Source of the DNA: Gammaproteobacteria bacterium
GTDB lineage: Bacteria; Pseudomonadota; Gammaproteobacteria; SpSt-1174
Direction: 5' to 3'
Length of the DNA: 45,291 bases
NCBI GenBank assembly: GCA_033839185.1
Contig: JAJLKJ010000078.1
Location: 1 to 45,291 of the forward strand
Part shown: in pieces, positions 14,707-24,227 of the stretch
Layout: the number at the start of each line of letters is the position of its first letter
How positions within the stretch are numbered: the stretch's first letter is position 1
The notes under the pieces: model-generated
The model's database searches: none
Seen by the model: only the letters and a program-made list of their open reading frames with translations
Told to the model about the DNA's origin: nothing
Program-made: the position numbers and the translations under genes

Positions 14707-17025
14707 TCATGCCGGGAGGTCGGGCGTGTACTCGAAGAGTTGCGATTGCGGCATGGGACGGGCGAACAGGTAGCCCTGGTAGGCATCGCAGCCGGCGGTC
14801 TCGAGAAAGCGTTGCTGCTCCTTCGTCTCCACGCCCTCGGCGATGACCTCGAGATTGAGGGAGTGCCCCATGGCGATGATGGCGTGGATGATGGCGGCAT
14901 CGCTGGGGTTGAGCAGCACGTCGCGGACGAAGGAGGTGTCGATCTTGACCTGGTCCAGCGGCAGGCGCTTGAGGTAGGAGAGCGAGGAGTAGCCGGTGCC
15001 GAAGTCGTCCATGGAGAAGCGCAGCCCCAGTTCGCGCAGCTGGTGGATCTTGCCCGCGATCTCCTTCGGGTCGCCCAGTACGACGGTCTCCGTGAGTTCC
15101 AGCTTGATCAGTCGCGGGTCGACACCGGTTTCTTCCAGGATGTGTGTCACTCGCTGTACGTAATCGTTCTGGTGGAACTGGCGGGCGCTGACATTGACTG
15201 CGATGCAGCGCGGTGACTGCGGTTGACGCCGGTTCCAGTCGATGGTGGTGAGGCAGGCCTGCTTGAGGACCCAGTCTCCAATCGGGACGATGAGTCCGGT
15301 CTCCTCGGCCAGCGGGATGAAGGTGGCGGGCGAGACAGGCGCCTCGTCCGCTGGCAGCCAGCGCAACAGGGCCTCGGCGCCGGTGAGATTTCCGGTGCGG
15401 TCGATCTGTGGCTGGTAGTGCAGTGCCAGCTCATCGTTTTCCAGGGCATTGGCCAGGGTCGCCTCGAGCGAGGCGCGTTGCTCGACCGCGCGCTGCATGC
15501 GCGGGTTGAAGAAGACGGCGGTGTTGCGCCCCGCCGACTTGGCGGCGTAGAGGGCCATGTCGGACTGTTTGAGCAGGTCTTCCAGCGGGGTGCCCTGCCC
15601 CTGGAACAGGGTGATGCCGATACTCGGGGTGATGCGGTAGGCGCGTATCACACCGAGGTCATAGGGCTCGCTCAGGTTGTGGCGGATCTTTTCCGCAATA
15701 TCTTCAGCCTGCCGGGTGGCGGTCGCATCGTTGCTGTCCAGGGCCTCGAGCAGGATGACGAACTCGTCGCCGCCGAGACGGGCGATGGTGTCGACCTCGC
15801 GCACCAGCATGCGCAGGCGCTGCGCGATCTGTACCAGCAGTGTATCGCCGGCATCGTGTCCGCGCGTGTCGTTGAGGGTCTTGAAACGGTCGAGATCGAT
15901 CATCAGCACGGCACCGCGTTCGCCGGACCGGTTGCTGGTGGCCAGGGCATGTGCCAGCCGGTCGTTGAGCAGGCGGCGGTTGGCCAGGTGCGTGAGCGGG
16001 TCGTAGAAGGCCAGCTGGTGGATGCGGCGCTCGGCGTCCTTGCGGTCGGTGATGTCGGAGAAGGCCGCCACATAATGCGTGGTCTCGCCGGCATCGTTGC
16101 AGACCTCGCTGATGGAGAGCCATTCGGGGTAGACGCTGCCGGACTTGCGGCGATTCCAGATCTCGCCTTCCCAGTAGCCGCGTTCGCCGATGGCCTGCCA
16201 CATGTCGGCATAAAAGGCCGGGTCGTGACGCCCCGACTGCAGAATGCGCGGTGTCTGGCCGACAACCTCCTCGGGGGCGTAGCCCGTGATGCGGGTGAAG
16301 GCGCGGTTGACCTGTTCGATGCGGCCGCTGCGATCGGTGATCATGATGCCTTCCTGCGACTCGAAGGCCACGGCGGCAATGCCCAGGCGTTCCTCGCTTT
16401 GCTTGCGCCGGGTGATGTCCGTATGTGTGCCCATCACCCATTCGGGGCGATTGTCGGCGTCACGGGTGATCACCTGGCCGCGATCATGGATCCAGACCCA
16501 GTGCCCCTGCCGGTGGCGCATGCGGAATTCGATGTCGTAATGATCCAGCTCGCCGGAGAAGTGGCGCTGGAGCAGTTGTTCGGCGCGGGAGAGGTCGTCC
16601 GGGTGTGTGAGCCGGCGCCAGGTCTCGATGTCCGTGGGCTCGAGTTCCTCCAGCCTGTAGCCCAGGATGCCGGCCCAGCGCTCGTTGAAGATGGTCTGGC
16701 CGGTGAGGACGTTCCATTCCCAGGTCCCGGCCCGGGTGCCGTCGATGATGGCCGCCAGGCGGCGACGCTCGTCGGCGAGTGCCTGGCGCGCCTCGTCGGT
16801 GTGGCGTGACTCGTGGCGGACCATGAAGTACACGAACAGGATGGAGAGCAGGACGAAGATGAGTCCCTTGGTGCTCTGCACCTGACGCATCTGTTCGATA
16901 CTGAGGGGGGCCAGGCTGACGATCCAGTCCGACAGCAGGATCCAGCCCGTGCCGAAGAGGCCGTAATACAGGGTGCAGCGTCCGGCAATGCCGAGTCGAT
17001 GTAGCAGGGTCGGGCTGGGTTTCAT
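14707..17025 (-). CDS. Membrane-anchored PAS-PAS-GGDEF-EAL c-di-GMP turnover protein
   Basis: Two N-terminal TM helices and two PAS-like segments ([22 protein letters not shown]; [21 protein letters not shown]). Canonical GGDEF with an RxxD I-site ([14 protein letters not shown]). EAL domain ([39 protein letters not shown]). The ATG at 17025 is preferred over 17103. Confidence 0.93.
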   Translation of the reverse strand: MKPSPTLLHRLGIAGRCTLYYGLFGTGWILLSDWIVSLAPLSIEQMRQVQSTKGLIFVLLSILFVYFMVRHESRHTDEARQALADERRRLAAIIDGTRAGTWEWNVLTGQTIFNERWAGILGYRLEELEPTDIETWRRLTHPDDLSRAEQLLQRHFSGELDHYDIEFRMRHRQGHWVWIHDRGQVITRDADNRPEWVMGTHTDITRRKQSEERLGIAAVAFESQEGIMITDRSGRIEQVNRAFTRITGYAPEEVVGQTPRILQSGRHDPAFYADMWQAIGERGYWEGEIWNRRKSGSVYPEWLSISEVCNDAGETTHYVAAFSDITDRKDAERRIHQLAFYDPLTHLANRRLLNDRLAHALATSNRSGERGAVLMIDLDRFKTLNDTRGHDAGDTLLVQIAQRLRMLVREVDTIARLGGDEFVILLEALDSNDATATRQAEDIAEKIRHNLSEPYDLGVIRAYRITPSIGITLFQGQGTPLEDLLKQSDMALYAAKSAGRNTAVFFNPRMQRAVEQRASLEATLANALENDELALHYQPQIDRTGNLTGAEALLRWLPADEAPVSPATFIPLAEETGLIVPIGDWVLKQACLTTIDWNRRQPQSPRCIAVNVSARQFHQNDYVQRVTHILEETGVDPRLIKLELTETVVLGDPKEIAGKIHQLRELGLRFSMDDFGTGYSSLSYLKRLPLDQVKIDTSFVRDVLLNPSDAAIIHAIIAMGHSLNLEVIAEGVETKEQQRFLETAGCDAYQGYLFARPMPQSQLFEYTPDLPA

Positions 17026-17189
17026 GCAAGCTTGCCGGTTTGACGGGGCGGGCTGGCAGTGGCCCGGACCCAGGAGTGGGTGTATGGAGGGGAGTATATA
17101 CATATCCTGCCCCGGGTATCAGCGCCGCACGGCTTGAGCCGCCCTGTGGTATCGCGTAGTTTCGGGCTCAGGAGAGACGGCTCGTTGAC

Positions 17190-18245
17190 GTGGTGGATTT
17201 AGACATGACACATGATTGCCAATGCCATTCGGGCAGACGGCGGCTGCGTATCCGCTTTGCGGAGGCGGGGGCGGTCCCCGAGGTGGTGCATACGGCGGCA
17301 GCCAAGCTCGGGTGGGAGTCGGTGGCGGACGGGCGTTCCTTTGACCTGGAGATCGGGGGCGGGGCGCGCTTTTCCAGTCCGGCGGAGCTGGCGGTCTATC
17401 TGCGCGAGATCGCCTCCGAGGCCTTCGACGGGATGGAGGCCCTGTGGCTCGATGGCGAGGGGCAGCCGGCGGAACCCCTGTCGAAGAACCTGGCCGGCTA
17501 CGATGCCAACCCGCTCTATGCCCTGCTGGAGAAGCGGCGGCTGGCCACCTGGTTTCAGCCGGTCTTCGATCGCGACCTCCGGGTATGGGGCTACGAATGC
17601 CTGGTGCGCGCGCACGACGAGGCCGGCGGGCTGATCACGCCGGATCGTCTCATCGGCTGGGCGCGGGACGAGAACCTGCTGTTCTACTTCGATCGGATCT
17701 GCCGCGAGACCCATGTCGCCAATGCGGCGGCCGCCAAGGCGCCGGAGGATGCCCGCTTTCTCATCAACTTCCTGCCGACCACCATTTACGAGCCCACGGT
17801 CTGTCTGCGTACGACACTGAAGGCCGTGGACCGGGCGGGTCTGGCCAAGGAGCGGGTGATCTTCGAGGTGGTGGAGAGCGAGAAGATCGAGGACGCCGCG
17901 CACCTGCGCCGCATCCTCGACCATTATCGCGCAAGCGGATTCGGCGTCGCCCTGGACGACCTGGGAACCGGGCATTCCGGCCTGTTCCTGCTGGCCGAAC
18001 TCGAGCCGGACCTCATCAAGCTCGACCGCGAACTGGTCGCAAGGGTGGCGGACTCGCGCATCCATCGTTCCATCTGCCGCAGCATCATCGACCTCGGCCG
18101 GGAGGAGGGAAAGCTGGTGCTGGCCGAAGGGATCGAGACGGGCGAGCAATACGCGATGCTGCACGAACTGGGGGCCGACCTGTTCCAGGGGTTCTACCTC
18201 GGTCGCCCGGCCGCCAAGCCGGCGCTCTCCGCGTTGATCGACTGA
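17190..18245 (+). CDS. EAL-domain phosphodiesterase with an uncharacterised ~115-aa N-terminal domain
   Basis: EAL domain motifs WFQPVFDRDLRVWGYECLVR, EVVESE, LDDLGTGHSGL, KLDREL, AEGIET, QGFYLGRP. The N-terminal region (contains DCQCH) matches no family I recognise. Start uncertain (GTG 17190 or ATG 17205). Confidence 0.85.
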   Translation: MVDLDMTHDCQCHSGRRRLRIRFAEAGAVPEVVHTAAAKLGWESVADGRSFDLEIGGGARFSSPAELAVYLREIASEAFDGMEALWLDGEGQPAEPLSKNLAGYDANPLYALLEKRRLATWFQPVFDRDLRVWGYECLVRAHDEAGGLITPDRLIGWARDENLLFYFDRICRETHVANAAAAKAPEDARFLINFLPTTIYEPTVCLRTTLKAVDRAGLAKERVIFEVVESEKIEDAAHLRRILDHYRASGFGVALDDLGTGHSGLFLLAELEPDLIKLDRELVARVADSRIHRSICRSIIDLGREEGKLVLAEGIETGEQYAMLHELGADLFQGFYLGRPAAKPALSALID

Positions 18246-18346
18246 CTCCCTCTCCTGTCAGGGCTGTGACACCACCCGGTATTTTCCGGTATGCCGCAGG
18301 CGGTATACTCCCCGCCGTTTCGTCCACCACTGACAAGGAGTTCAAG

Positions 18347-18880
18347 ATGAAAAAGACGTTGATGACACTGGGCATGATGACGGCCCTGGCCGCCGGCGGG
18401 CCCGCGTTGGCCGCCGATGGCACCTACGCATCGGCCAGCCCCTATTTCGGCGCCCAGCTGGGCATTGCCGACGTGGACGGTTTCGACGAGGGTCTGATGG
18501 TCGCAGGCACGCTGGGCCTGCCGGCGGAGCACCTGGTTCCCAATCTGGCCTTCGAGGCCGAACTCGGCATGAGCCTGGTCGATCCGGAGCGCGATGTGCC
18601 GGGCGGCACGGTCGAGATCTCCTACTGGTACCTGGCCGGCTTTGGCGTGTACAACGTGCCGCTCAATGGCGACTTCAAGCTGCGCGGCAAGCTCGGCATG
18701 GGTTACCTGGATGCCGAGGCCGATGGCCCGGGTGGTTCCGCCTCCGACAGCGACCTGGAGCTGATGTACGGCGTCGGCCTCGTCATTCCGTTGCGTGGCG
18801 ATCTGCGGGGCCTGGTCGAATATACCCACGTCGAGTCGGATCTCGGACAGCTCTCGGCCGGGGTACAGTTCAACTTCTGA
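18347..18880 (+). CDS. Small outer-membrane beta-barrel protein (OmpA-like/OMP_b-brl type)
   Basis: AAGGAG SD at 18335-18340. Signal peptide MKKTLMTLGMMTALAAGGPALA|AD, alternating beta-strands, terminal ..SAGVQFNF. The rest of the 478-aa track ORF is an out-of-frame overlap with the EAL gene. Confidence 0.8.
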   Translation: MKKTLMTLGMMTALAAGGPALAADGTYASASPYFGAQLGIADVDGFDEGLMVAGTLGLPAEHLVPNLAFEAELGMSLVDPERDVPGGTVEISYWYLAGFGVYNVPLNGDFKLRGKLGMGYLDAEADGPGGSASDSDLELMYGVGLVIPLRGDLRGLVEYTHVESDLGQLSAGVQFNF

Positions 18881-18903
18881 TCCGGTTCTGACTGGTGCAG
18901 GTG

Positions 18904-18931
18904 AAAAAGCCGGGCTTCTGCCCGGCTTTTT
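18904..18931. terminator. Bidirectional rho-independent terminator between convergent genes
   Basis: aaaaa-gccgggc-ttct-gcccggc-ttttt (18904-18931). Confidence 0.9.
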
Positions 18932-20727
18932 CATGCCTCGCCGACGGCGCGTGCCGTATCGACGGCATCATGCGTCGGGGTAAGGTGCTGCCGCCGGGAG
19001 ACGAACAGCGCATTGCCCTCCATCGTCTTGGCCATGTGCTTGGCATCGGTGGCCAATGTGGCCACCTCGTGATGGGAGGCGCAGCGACGGGCATCCGGAC
19101 TCGCCACCCCCACTGACAGGCTCAACAGTGGAAAGAAGGTAGGCTGACCCTGCCGGTCACTGGCCTCGATGCCGCCGCGGGCGATGTCGGCCGGCTCGTA
19201 GAAATCCATCGTGGCATTGGCAAAGGCTTCCAGGATGTGCTGACAACGGGCCTGCCAGTCGGTGCTGCGCAGAATGGCGACGAAGTCATCGCCGCCGACA
19301 TGGCCAATGAAGTCGTTACGCGGATCGAGCCCGGTTTCCAGTATCTGCGCCAGCCGCTTGATGACCTGGTCGCCCTTGCTGTAGCCGTAGGTGTCGTTAT
19401 AGGGCTTGAAATTGTCGAGATCGAAATAGGCGATGTGGAAGTCGCCGCCTTCCTGCAACAGGCGATCGATGGTCTCGTAGATCGGTACGTTGCCGGGCAG
19501 TTGGGTGAGCGGGTTGGAGTGGCGGGCATTGCGTATCTGCAGGTCGGTGATCTTGCGCAGCAGATCGCGTACATGACCCATGCCGAGGTACTTCCCCTGC
19601 TTGCTGATGATGAAGTCATGGCGCATGTCCAGCTGGGGATTCTCGGTGAGCTTCTGGCTGACGGCCTCCACCGGGGAGTCATGGGCCACGATCATGGGCC
19701 GGGAATCCATGAATTGCTCGATGGGTTTCTTGCCATGCAGTTCGCGGCCATAGCGGCTGGCGAAGAGCTCCAGCATGGTGTCGCGGTGCATGATGCCCAC
19801 CGGGCGTTGCTGGCGCAGCACCGGCAGCGACTGCAGTCCCTGCACCATCTGGAACATCTCCGCCACCTGGTTGACGCGTGTGCCGGCCTCCACCGACGGC
19901 ACGCGCACGGCCAGGCTTTCGATGGTCTCGGACAGCCGGGGCGTACGCTGGTTGCCGCCGCAGTTACGGCAATGCAGCAGCGACTCGTCCAGCTGGTCCG
20001 GCGGCATGGCCTGTGGGCGGCCGAAGTAATAGCCCTGGCCCAGGCGGATACCCATGTTGAATACGGTCTGGTATTCGGCGGCCGTCTCGATGCCCTCGGC
20101 AATCACGCGGCAGCCCAGGCCGGCGGCGATGTCGATGATCGAACGGACGAACTCCTGCTTGACGATGTCTTCATCGATGCCTGCGATGAAGTGCCGGTCG
20201 ATCTTCACGTAGTCCGGGCGCAGCTCCGACCAGCTGCGCAGTCCCGCGTAGCCCGCACCCAGGTCATCGATGGCGATCTCGAATCCCATGGCCCGGTAAT
20301 GGCGCACGGTATCCCGGATCAGATCGTAATCATCCAGCGGGTATTGCTCTGAGATCTCGATGACGACCGAGCGGGGACTGATGCCCGCCTGCTCCAGGAT
20401 CTGCGGCGTCTGGTTCGACGGGTAGTTGCGTTCCAGCAGGCTGGTCGGGCTGACATTGAGAAAGAGCTTGCCGGCGAGGTCCAGATGGGCGAACTGCAGA
20501 GCGGAGATCTCGCGCGCCAGCAGCTCCACATCGGCGAGCCGGTTGTAGCGATTGGCGGCCTCGAACAGGTTGATCGGGGCATGCAGGCTGCTGTCGGACG
20601 GGCCGCGGATCAGGGCCTCATAGCCCAGCATGCAGCGGTCCTGGAAGTCCACGATGGGCTGGAACAGGGCACTGAGCGCCCGGGCATCGAGAATGCGGTT
20701 GAGTTCGGCCTGGGAGGTTGAAGGCAT
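18931..20727 (-). CDS. EAL - CBS pair - GGDEF(degenerate GGDDF) signalling protein
   Basis: N-terminal EAL (LFQPIVDFQDRCMLGYEALIRGP, EISEQ, IDDLGAGYAGL, KIDRHF, AEGIET, GQGYYFGRP). Central CBS-like pair. C-terminal GGDEF fold (FDLDNFKPYNDTYGYSKGD ... HVGGDDFVAIL). Start ATG 20727 or GTG 20757. Confidence 0.9.
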   Translation of the reverse strand: MPSTSQAELNRILDARALSALFQPIVDFQDRCMLGYEALIRGPSDSSLHAPINLFEAANRYNRLADVELLAREISALQFAHLDLAGKLFLNVSPTSLLERNYPSNQTPQILEQAGISPRSVVIEISEQYPLDDYDLIRDTVRHYRAMGFEIAIDDLGAGYAGLRSWSELRPDYVKIDRHFIAGIDEDIVKQEFVRSIIDIAAGLGCRVIAEGIETAAEYQTVFNMGIRLGQGYYFGRPQAMPPDQLDESLLHCRNCGGNQRTPRLSETIESLAVRVPSVEAGTRVNQVAEMFQMVQGLQSLPVLRQQRPVGIMHRDTMLELFASRYGRELHGKKPIEQFMDSRPMIVAHDSPVEAVSQKLTENPQLDMRHDFIISKQGKYLGMGHVRDLLRKITDLQIRNARHSNPLTQLPGNVPIYETIDRLLQEGGDFHIAYFDLDNFKPYNDTYGYSKGDQVIKRLAQILETGLDPRNDFIGHVGGDDFVAILRSTDWQARCQHILEAFANATMDFYEPADIARGGIEASDRQGQPTFFPLLSLSVGVASPDARRCASHHEVATLATDAKHMAKTMEGNALFVSRRQHLTPTHDAVDTARAVGEA

Positions 20728-20844
20728 GCAGTCGGCCCGGCATGAGGATGGATGCACAGGGCGTGAACGATACGAAACCGACGTGACAGCCGGATGACGG
20801 CGGATGGTTCGCGCGAAGAGTGGGGCGTCGGCGCTGGCGGGAGG

Positions 20845-21660
20845 CTAGTCGGCCGGCAGGCAGATCGACCAGTCGCGGCTGTCGGCGCCGAAGACGAAGA
20901 ATTCGGGGTTGAGCAGGCTGTCGCGCGTGTTGTAGCGCAGGGGATTCATGGCGGTGTCGGTGACCTGGCCGCCGGCCGCCTCGACCACGCACTGGGCGGC
21001 GGCCGTGTCCCACTCGGAGGTGGGGCCCAGGCGCACGTACAGGTCGGCCGTGCCTTCTGCCACCAGGCAGGACTTGAGTGCGCTGCCCATGCTGATGTGC
21101 TTGTGCGGGCCGACGTTCTCGAGGAAGCGGCCGAGGCGGGAGCCGGCATGCGACCGGGCACCGGCCACGACGGGGCGCCGGCTGCCCAGCCGGCGCACGT
21201 GGATGGGGCGCGGCGGGTCGGAGTCGTCCTGGCGATAGGCGGTCCCGCCGTCGAGCGCGTAATAGCTGGTGCCCAGCGCCGGGGCATGCACGATGCCGAG
21301 GATCGGCCGGTGGTCGTGCACCAGGGCGATGTTGACCGTGAACTCGTCGTTGCGCTTGATGAATTCGCGCGTACCGTCCAGCGGGTCGATGAGCCAGTAG
21401 GTCTCCCAGCCGGCGCGCTCGCTGAAGGGGATGGCATCGGACTCCTCCGAGAGCACGGGGTAGTGTGGCTGCAGCGTGCTCAGGCCGCCGACGATGCAGC
21501 GATGGGCCGCCAGGTCGGCGGTGGTCAGCGGGCTGCGGTCGGCCTTTTCCTGCACATCGAAGCCCTCGCGGTAGACGCGCAGGATCTCGACGCCGGCCTC
21601 GCGGGCCAGGGCCAGGCCCTGGCGCAGCAGCCCGTCCAGGGTGTCGGCGTCAGGCCTCAT
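20845..21660 (-). CDS. cysQ: 3'(2'),5'-bisphosphate nucleotidase
   Basis: Inositol-monophosphatase fold motifs: SPLTTADLAAH, SEESD, WLIDPLDGTREF, EWDTAAAQCVVEAAGG. Overlaps the nudE stop. Confidence 0.9.
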   Translation of the reverse strand: MRPDADTLDGLLRQGLALAREAGVEILRVYREGFDVQEKADRSPLTTADLAAHRCIVGGLSTLQPHYPVLSEESDAIPFSERAGWETYWLIDPLDGTREFIKRNDEFTVNIALVHDHRPILGIVHAPALGTSYYALDGGTAYRQDDSDPPRPIHVRRLGSRRPVVAGARSHAGSRLGRFLENVGPHKHISMGSALKSCLVAEGTADLYVRLGPTSEWDTAAAQCVVEAAGGQVTDTAMNPLRYNTRDSLLNPEFFVFGADSRDWSICLPAD

Positions 21661-22214
21661 GCGGGTTCGCGGGCGAGGCGGTCGCGGGTGAGGTAGAGGG
21701 CGGCAATGCTGCGGGCCTCGGTGAAGTCCTCGCGGGCCACCAGCTCGTCGAGCCGGTCCAGCCGCCAGGGCACCACCTCGATCTCCTCGGGCTCGTCGCC
21801 CGGCAGGCGCTTCTCGTAGAGTTCGGTGGCCAGCACGATGTGGGTGGTGTGGCCGAGATAGCCCGGGGCGAGGCTCAGGTGGTTCAGGATCTCGAGCCGG
21901 CGGGCGCCGTAGCCGACCTCTTCCATGATCTCGCGGTTGGCGGCCTCGAGGATGTCCTCGTCGCGCTCGATACGCCCCTTGGGCAGGGCCAGTTCATAGC
22001 GGTCGGTGCCGCCGGCGTATTCGCGGATGAGTAGCACGGTGTGCGGGTCGAGCAGGGGGACGATGAGCACGGCGCCGAAGCCGGAGCTGCGCAGGCGCTC
22101 GTATTGCGCGCGGTTGCCGTTGGCGAACTCGAGCTCGATCTGCTCGATGCTGAACAGGCGGCTCTCGGCGACGATGCGCTGATCCAGGATGCGGGGTTTC
22201 TTCTTCTCGGCCAT
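21657..22214 (-). CDS. nudE: NUDIX hydrolase, ADP-compounds hydrolase NudE-like
   Basis: Nudix box GRIERDEDILEAANREIMEEVGY. Length 185 aa. Conserved nudE-cysQ adjacency as in other gammaproteobacteria. Confidence 0.8.
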   Translation of the reverse strand: MAEKKKPRILDQRIVAESRLFSIEQIELEFANGNRAQYERLRSSGFGAVLIVPLLDPHTVLLIREYAGGTDRYELALPKGRIERDEDILEAANREIMEEVGYGARRLEILNHLSLAPGYLGHTTHIVLATELYEKRLPGDEPEEIEVVPWRLDRLDELVAREDFTEARSIAALYLTRDRLAREPA

Positions 22215-22248
22215 GTGGCGTCAGCCCTCGGGCGCCACCGGCGGGCGC

Positions 22249-22935
22249 TCAGCAGGTGGGTGGTCCGGCGCGGTTGCAGCGGTCGAAACGGACCTCGGTC
22301 TGCAGTCTTCCTTCGAACCAGGCATTGATCTCGACCCCCTGCGTACTGGATGTCACGTCAAAGCCCTCCTGGCGTGGGGGCTGTATCCCGGCAAAGCGCA
22401 GCTGCCGCGCGGGGAGCCGGATGTCCATCGATACCCGCATCGGGTAGTAGCCGTCGAGGAAACGGCGCATGAACGGCCCGTTGCGCAGGGTGTAGCTGCC
22501 GTCCCCGTTTGCGACCAGGGCTCGCGTCTCGGCCCGCACACACAGCCGCGCCTGCGGGCGGACGTCCTCGAGCTGGACGCTGGCGCCCTCGACCCAGGCC
22601 CGGCCGATGTTCTCGACCTCGGTGACCTCGAGGCCACGGCTGCGGTCCTCATTGTACACGACCTGGGCGCGACGGACGGCATCGAGGTTTTCGTGGCACT
22701 GTACCAGCCCCACCCAGCCGTCCTCCAGGCTGCTGGCGGAGAGTTCGATGGTGTTGTGGTGATGGTGCACCGGTTTGCCCGCGGGCTGTTCGATGAACCG
22801 GAGTTCGCCCTCGTTGACCTCCAGGGCACGGAATTCGCTGTCGTCCTCCAGCCAGGCCTCGTCGGGGTCGGTGGCCAGGAGGGTGGCGGGCAGCAGTGTG
22901 AGGCTGGCGAGCAGGGGCAGGAATCGGGCGGGCAT
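22249..22935 (-). CDS. Secreted hypothetical protein (no recognised family)
   Basis: Signal peptide MPARFLPLLASLTLLPATLLA|TD, an HHHH run and 4 Cys including the C-terminal CNRAGPPTC. Lies 35 bp upstream of nudE on the same strand. Confidence 0.6.
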   Translation of the reverse strand: MPARFLPLLASLTLLPATLLATDPDEAWLEDDSEFRALEVNEGELRFIEQPAGKPVHHHHNTIELSASSLEDGWVGLVQCHENLDAVRRAQVVYNEDRSRGLEVTEVENIGRAWVEGASVQLEDVRPQARLCVRAETRALVANGDGSYTLRNGPFMRRFLDGYYPMRVSMDIRLPARQLRFAGIQPPRQEGFDVTSSTQGVEINAWFEGRLQTEVRFDRCNRAGPPTC

Positions 22936-23053
22936 GGGGCACCTCGTCGTTTGCGGCTGACGTAACCAGAGGGAGTCGCGAATCGTCCCGGAGTTCCCCG
23001 CCTCTTATAGCCAATCCGGCCACGGTCTGCCGGGCCTCGTGTACACTGCGCAC

Positions 23054-23779
23054 ATGGATACCGGAACCATTTTCCCCTCGCCGAACGGGCTGCCGGCCCC
23101 CGACTGGGCGCGCATCCGCACCGTGTTTCTCGACATGGACGGGACGCTGCTCGATCTGCACTTCGACAACCATTTCTGGCTGGAGCACCTGCCGCTGCGC
23201 TATGCCGAGGAGCACGGGATCGGCGTGACCGAGGCCAAGGGCCGCCTGTATCCGCGGCTGAAGGCGGCGGAAGGCACCCTGTCCTGGTATTGCCTGGATC
23301 ACTGGAGCCGCGAGCTGGGGCTGGACATCGTTGCCCTCAAGCACGAGGTGGCCCACCTCATCGACGTGCACAGCCACGTGCCGGAGTTTCTCGATACCCT
23401 CCGCCGGGCGGGCAAGCGCGTGGTGCTGCTGACCAATGCCCATGGCGCCAGTGTCTCCCTCAAGCTCGACTACACGGGCATCGAGGGGCATTTCGATCGG
23501 GTGATCACCTCCCATGCGCTGGGGCTGGCCAAGGAGCAGCCGGGGTTCTGGGCCAGGCTCAATGCCGTCGAGCCCTATGATCCCGCCACCACCCTCATGG
23601 TGGATGACAATCTCAGCGTGCTGGCGGCCGCCCGTGACTACGGGGTGGGCTATCTGCTGGCCGTGCGCCAGCCGGACACGAAGGGGGCGGCGAAGGACAC
23701 GGCCGACTATCCGGCGGTGGAAGGCGTCGGCGTGATGATCCCGGCGATCGAGGCCGCCGCGGCACGGCGCGGCGGCTGA
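23054..23779 (+). CDS. HAD-superfamily hydrolase, GMP/IMP nucleotidase YrfG-like
   Basis: HAD motif I FLDMDGTLLDLHFDNHFW, motif II LLTNA, motif IV MVDDN. Start ATG 23054 (GTG 23039 possible). Confidence 0.8.
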   Translation: MDTGTIFPSPNGLPAPDWARIRTVFLDMDGTLLDLHFDNHFWLEHLPLRYAEEHGIGVTEAKGRLYPRLKAAEGTLSWYCLDHWSRELGLDIVALKHEVAHLIDVHSHVPEFLDTLRRAGKRVVLLTNAHGASVSLKLDYTGIEGHFDRVITSHALGLAKEQPGFWARLNAVEPYDPATTLMVDDNLSVLAAARDYGVGYLLAVRQPDTKGAAKDTADYPAVEGVGVMIPAIEAAAARRGG

Positions 23780-23786
23780 CCCGGCC

Positions 23787-24227
23787 TCAGCCGCGCTCCC
23801 ACTTCTTGAAGCGCTTCTTGCAGTACTTCAGCAGCGAGGCGTAGTCGGGGAAGTAGAGCTCGAAGCCGTCCTCGGCGGGGGCGTCGAACTCGCAGTAGTC
23901 GTTGGAGTGCTCGCGACAGATCTCGGGACGGTGCTCGTAGATGCCGCAGCCGCCGTCCGGCAGGAGGTGGGTGCAGCGCGCCTCCACCAGCAGATACCAG
24001 CCATCCTCGTCCTTGTAGGTCGCGATGTTCTCGTGCGAGACCTGCCACAGCAGGTGTTCGAAGTCGTACTTGCTCTTCGGCGTGTCGATTTCCTGTGTGA
24101 TGTAGGTGCAGCACTTGGAGTTGGTGCAAAAGCCGCACTTGTTCTCCGGCGTGATCTTCACCTTGATGTCCGCGAGTTTCTTCTTGGCCATGCCGTCAGC
24201 CATCTTGCCTGTGAGTGGATGGGGCAT
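23787..24227 (-). CDS. YkgJ/UPF0153-family cysteine-cluster (CxxCxxCC) protein
   Basis: ENKCGFCTNSKCCTYI ... ARCTHLLPDGGCGIYEHRPEICREH is characteristic of the Fe-S/zinc-chelating YkgJ (FliB-related) family. Lies 38 bp downstream of gspN on the same strand. Start uncertain (24227, 24203 or 24191). Confidence 0.75.
   Translation of the reverse strand: MPHPLTGKMADGMAKKKLADIKVKITPENKCGFCTNSKCCTYITQEIDTPKSKYDFEHLLWQVSHENIATYKDEDGWYLLVEARCTHLLPDGGCGIYEHRPEICREHSNDYCEFDAPAEDGFELYFPDYASLLKYCKKRFKKWERG

Noticed and set aside
17444-18346. Upstream 300 aa of the 478-aa ORF that ends in the small OMP.
   Set aside because: It is an out-of-frame overlap with the well-supported EAL gene. A strong AAGGAG SD and a signal peptide define the true start at 18347.
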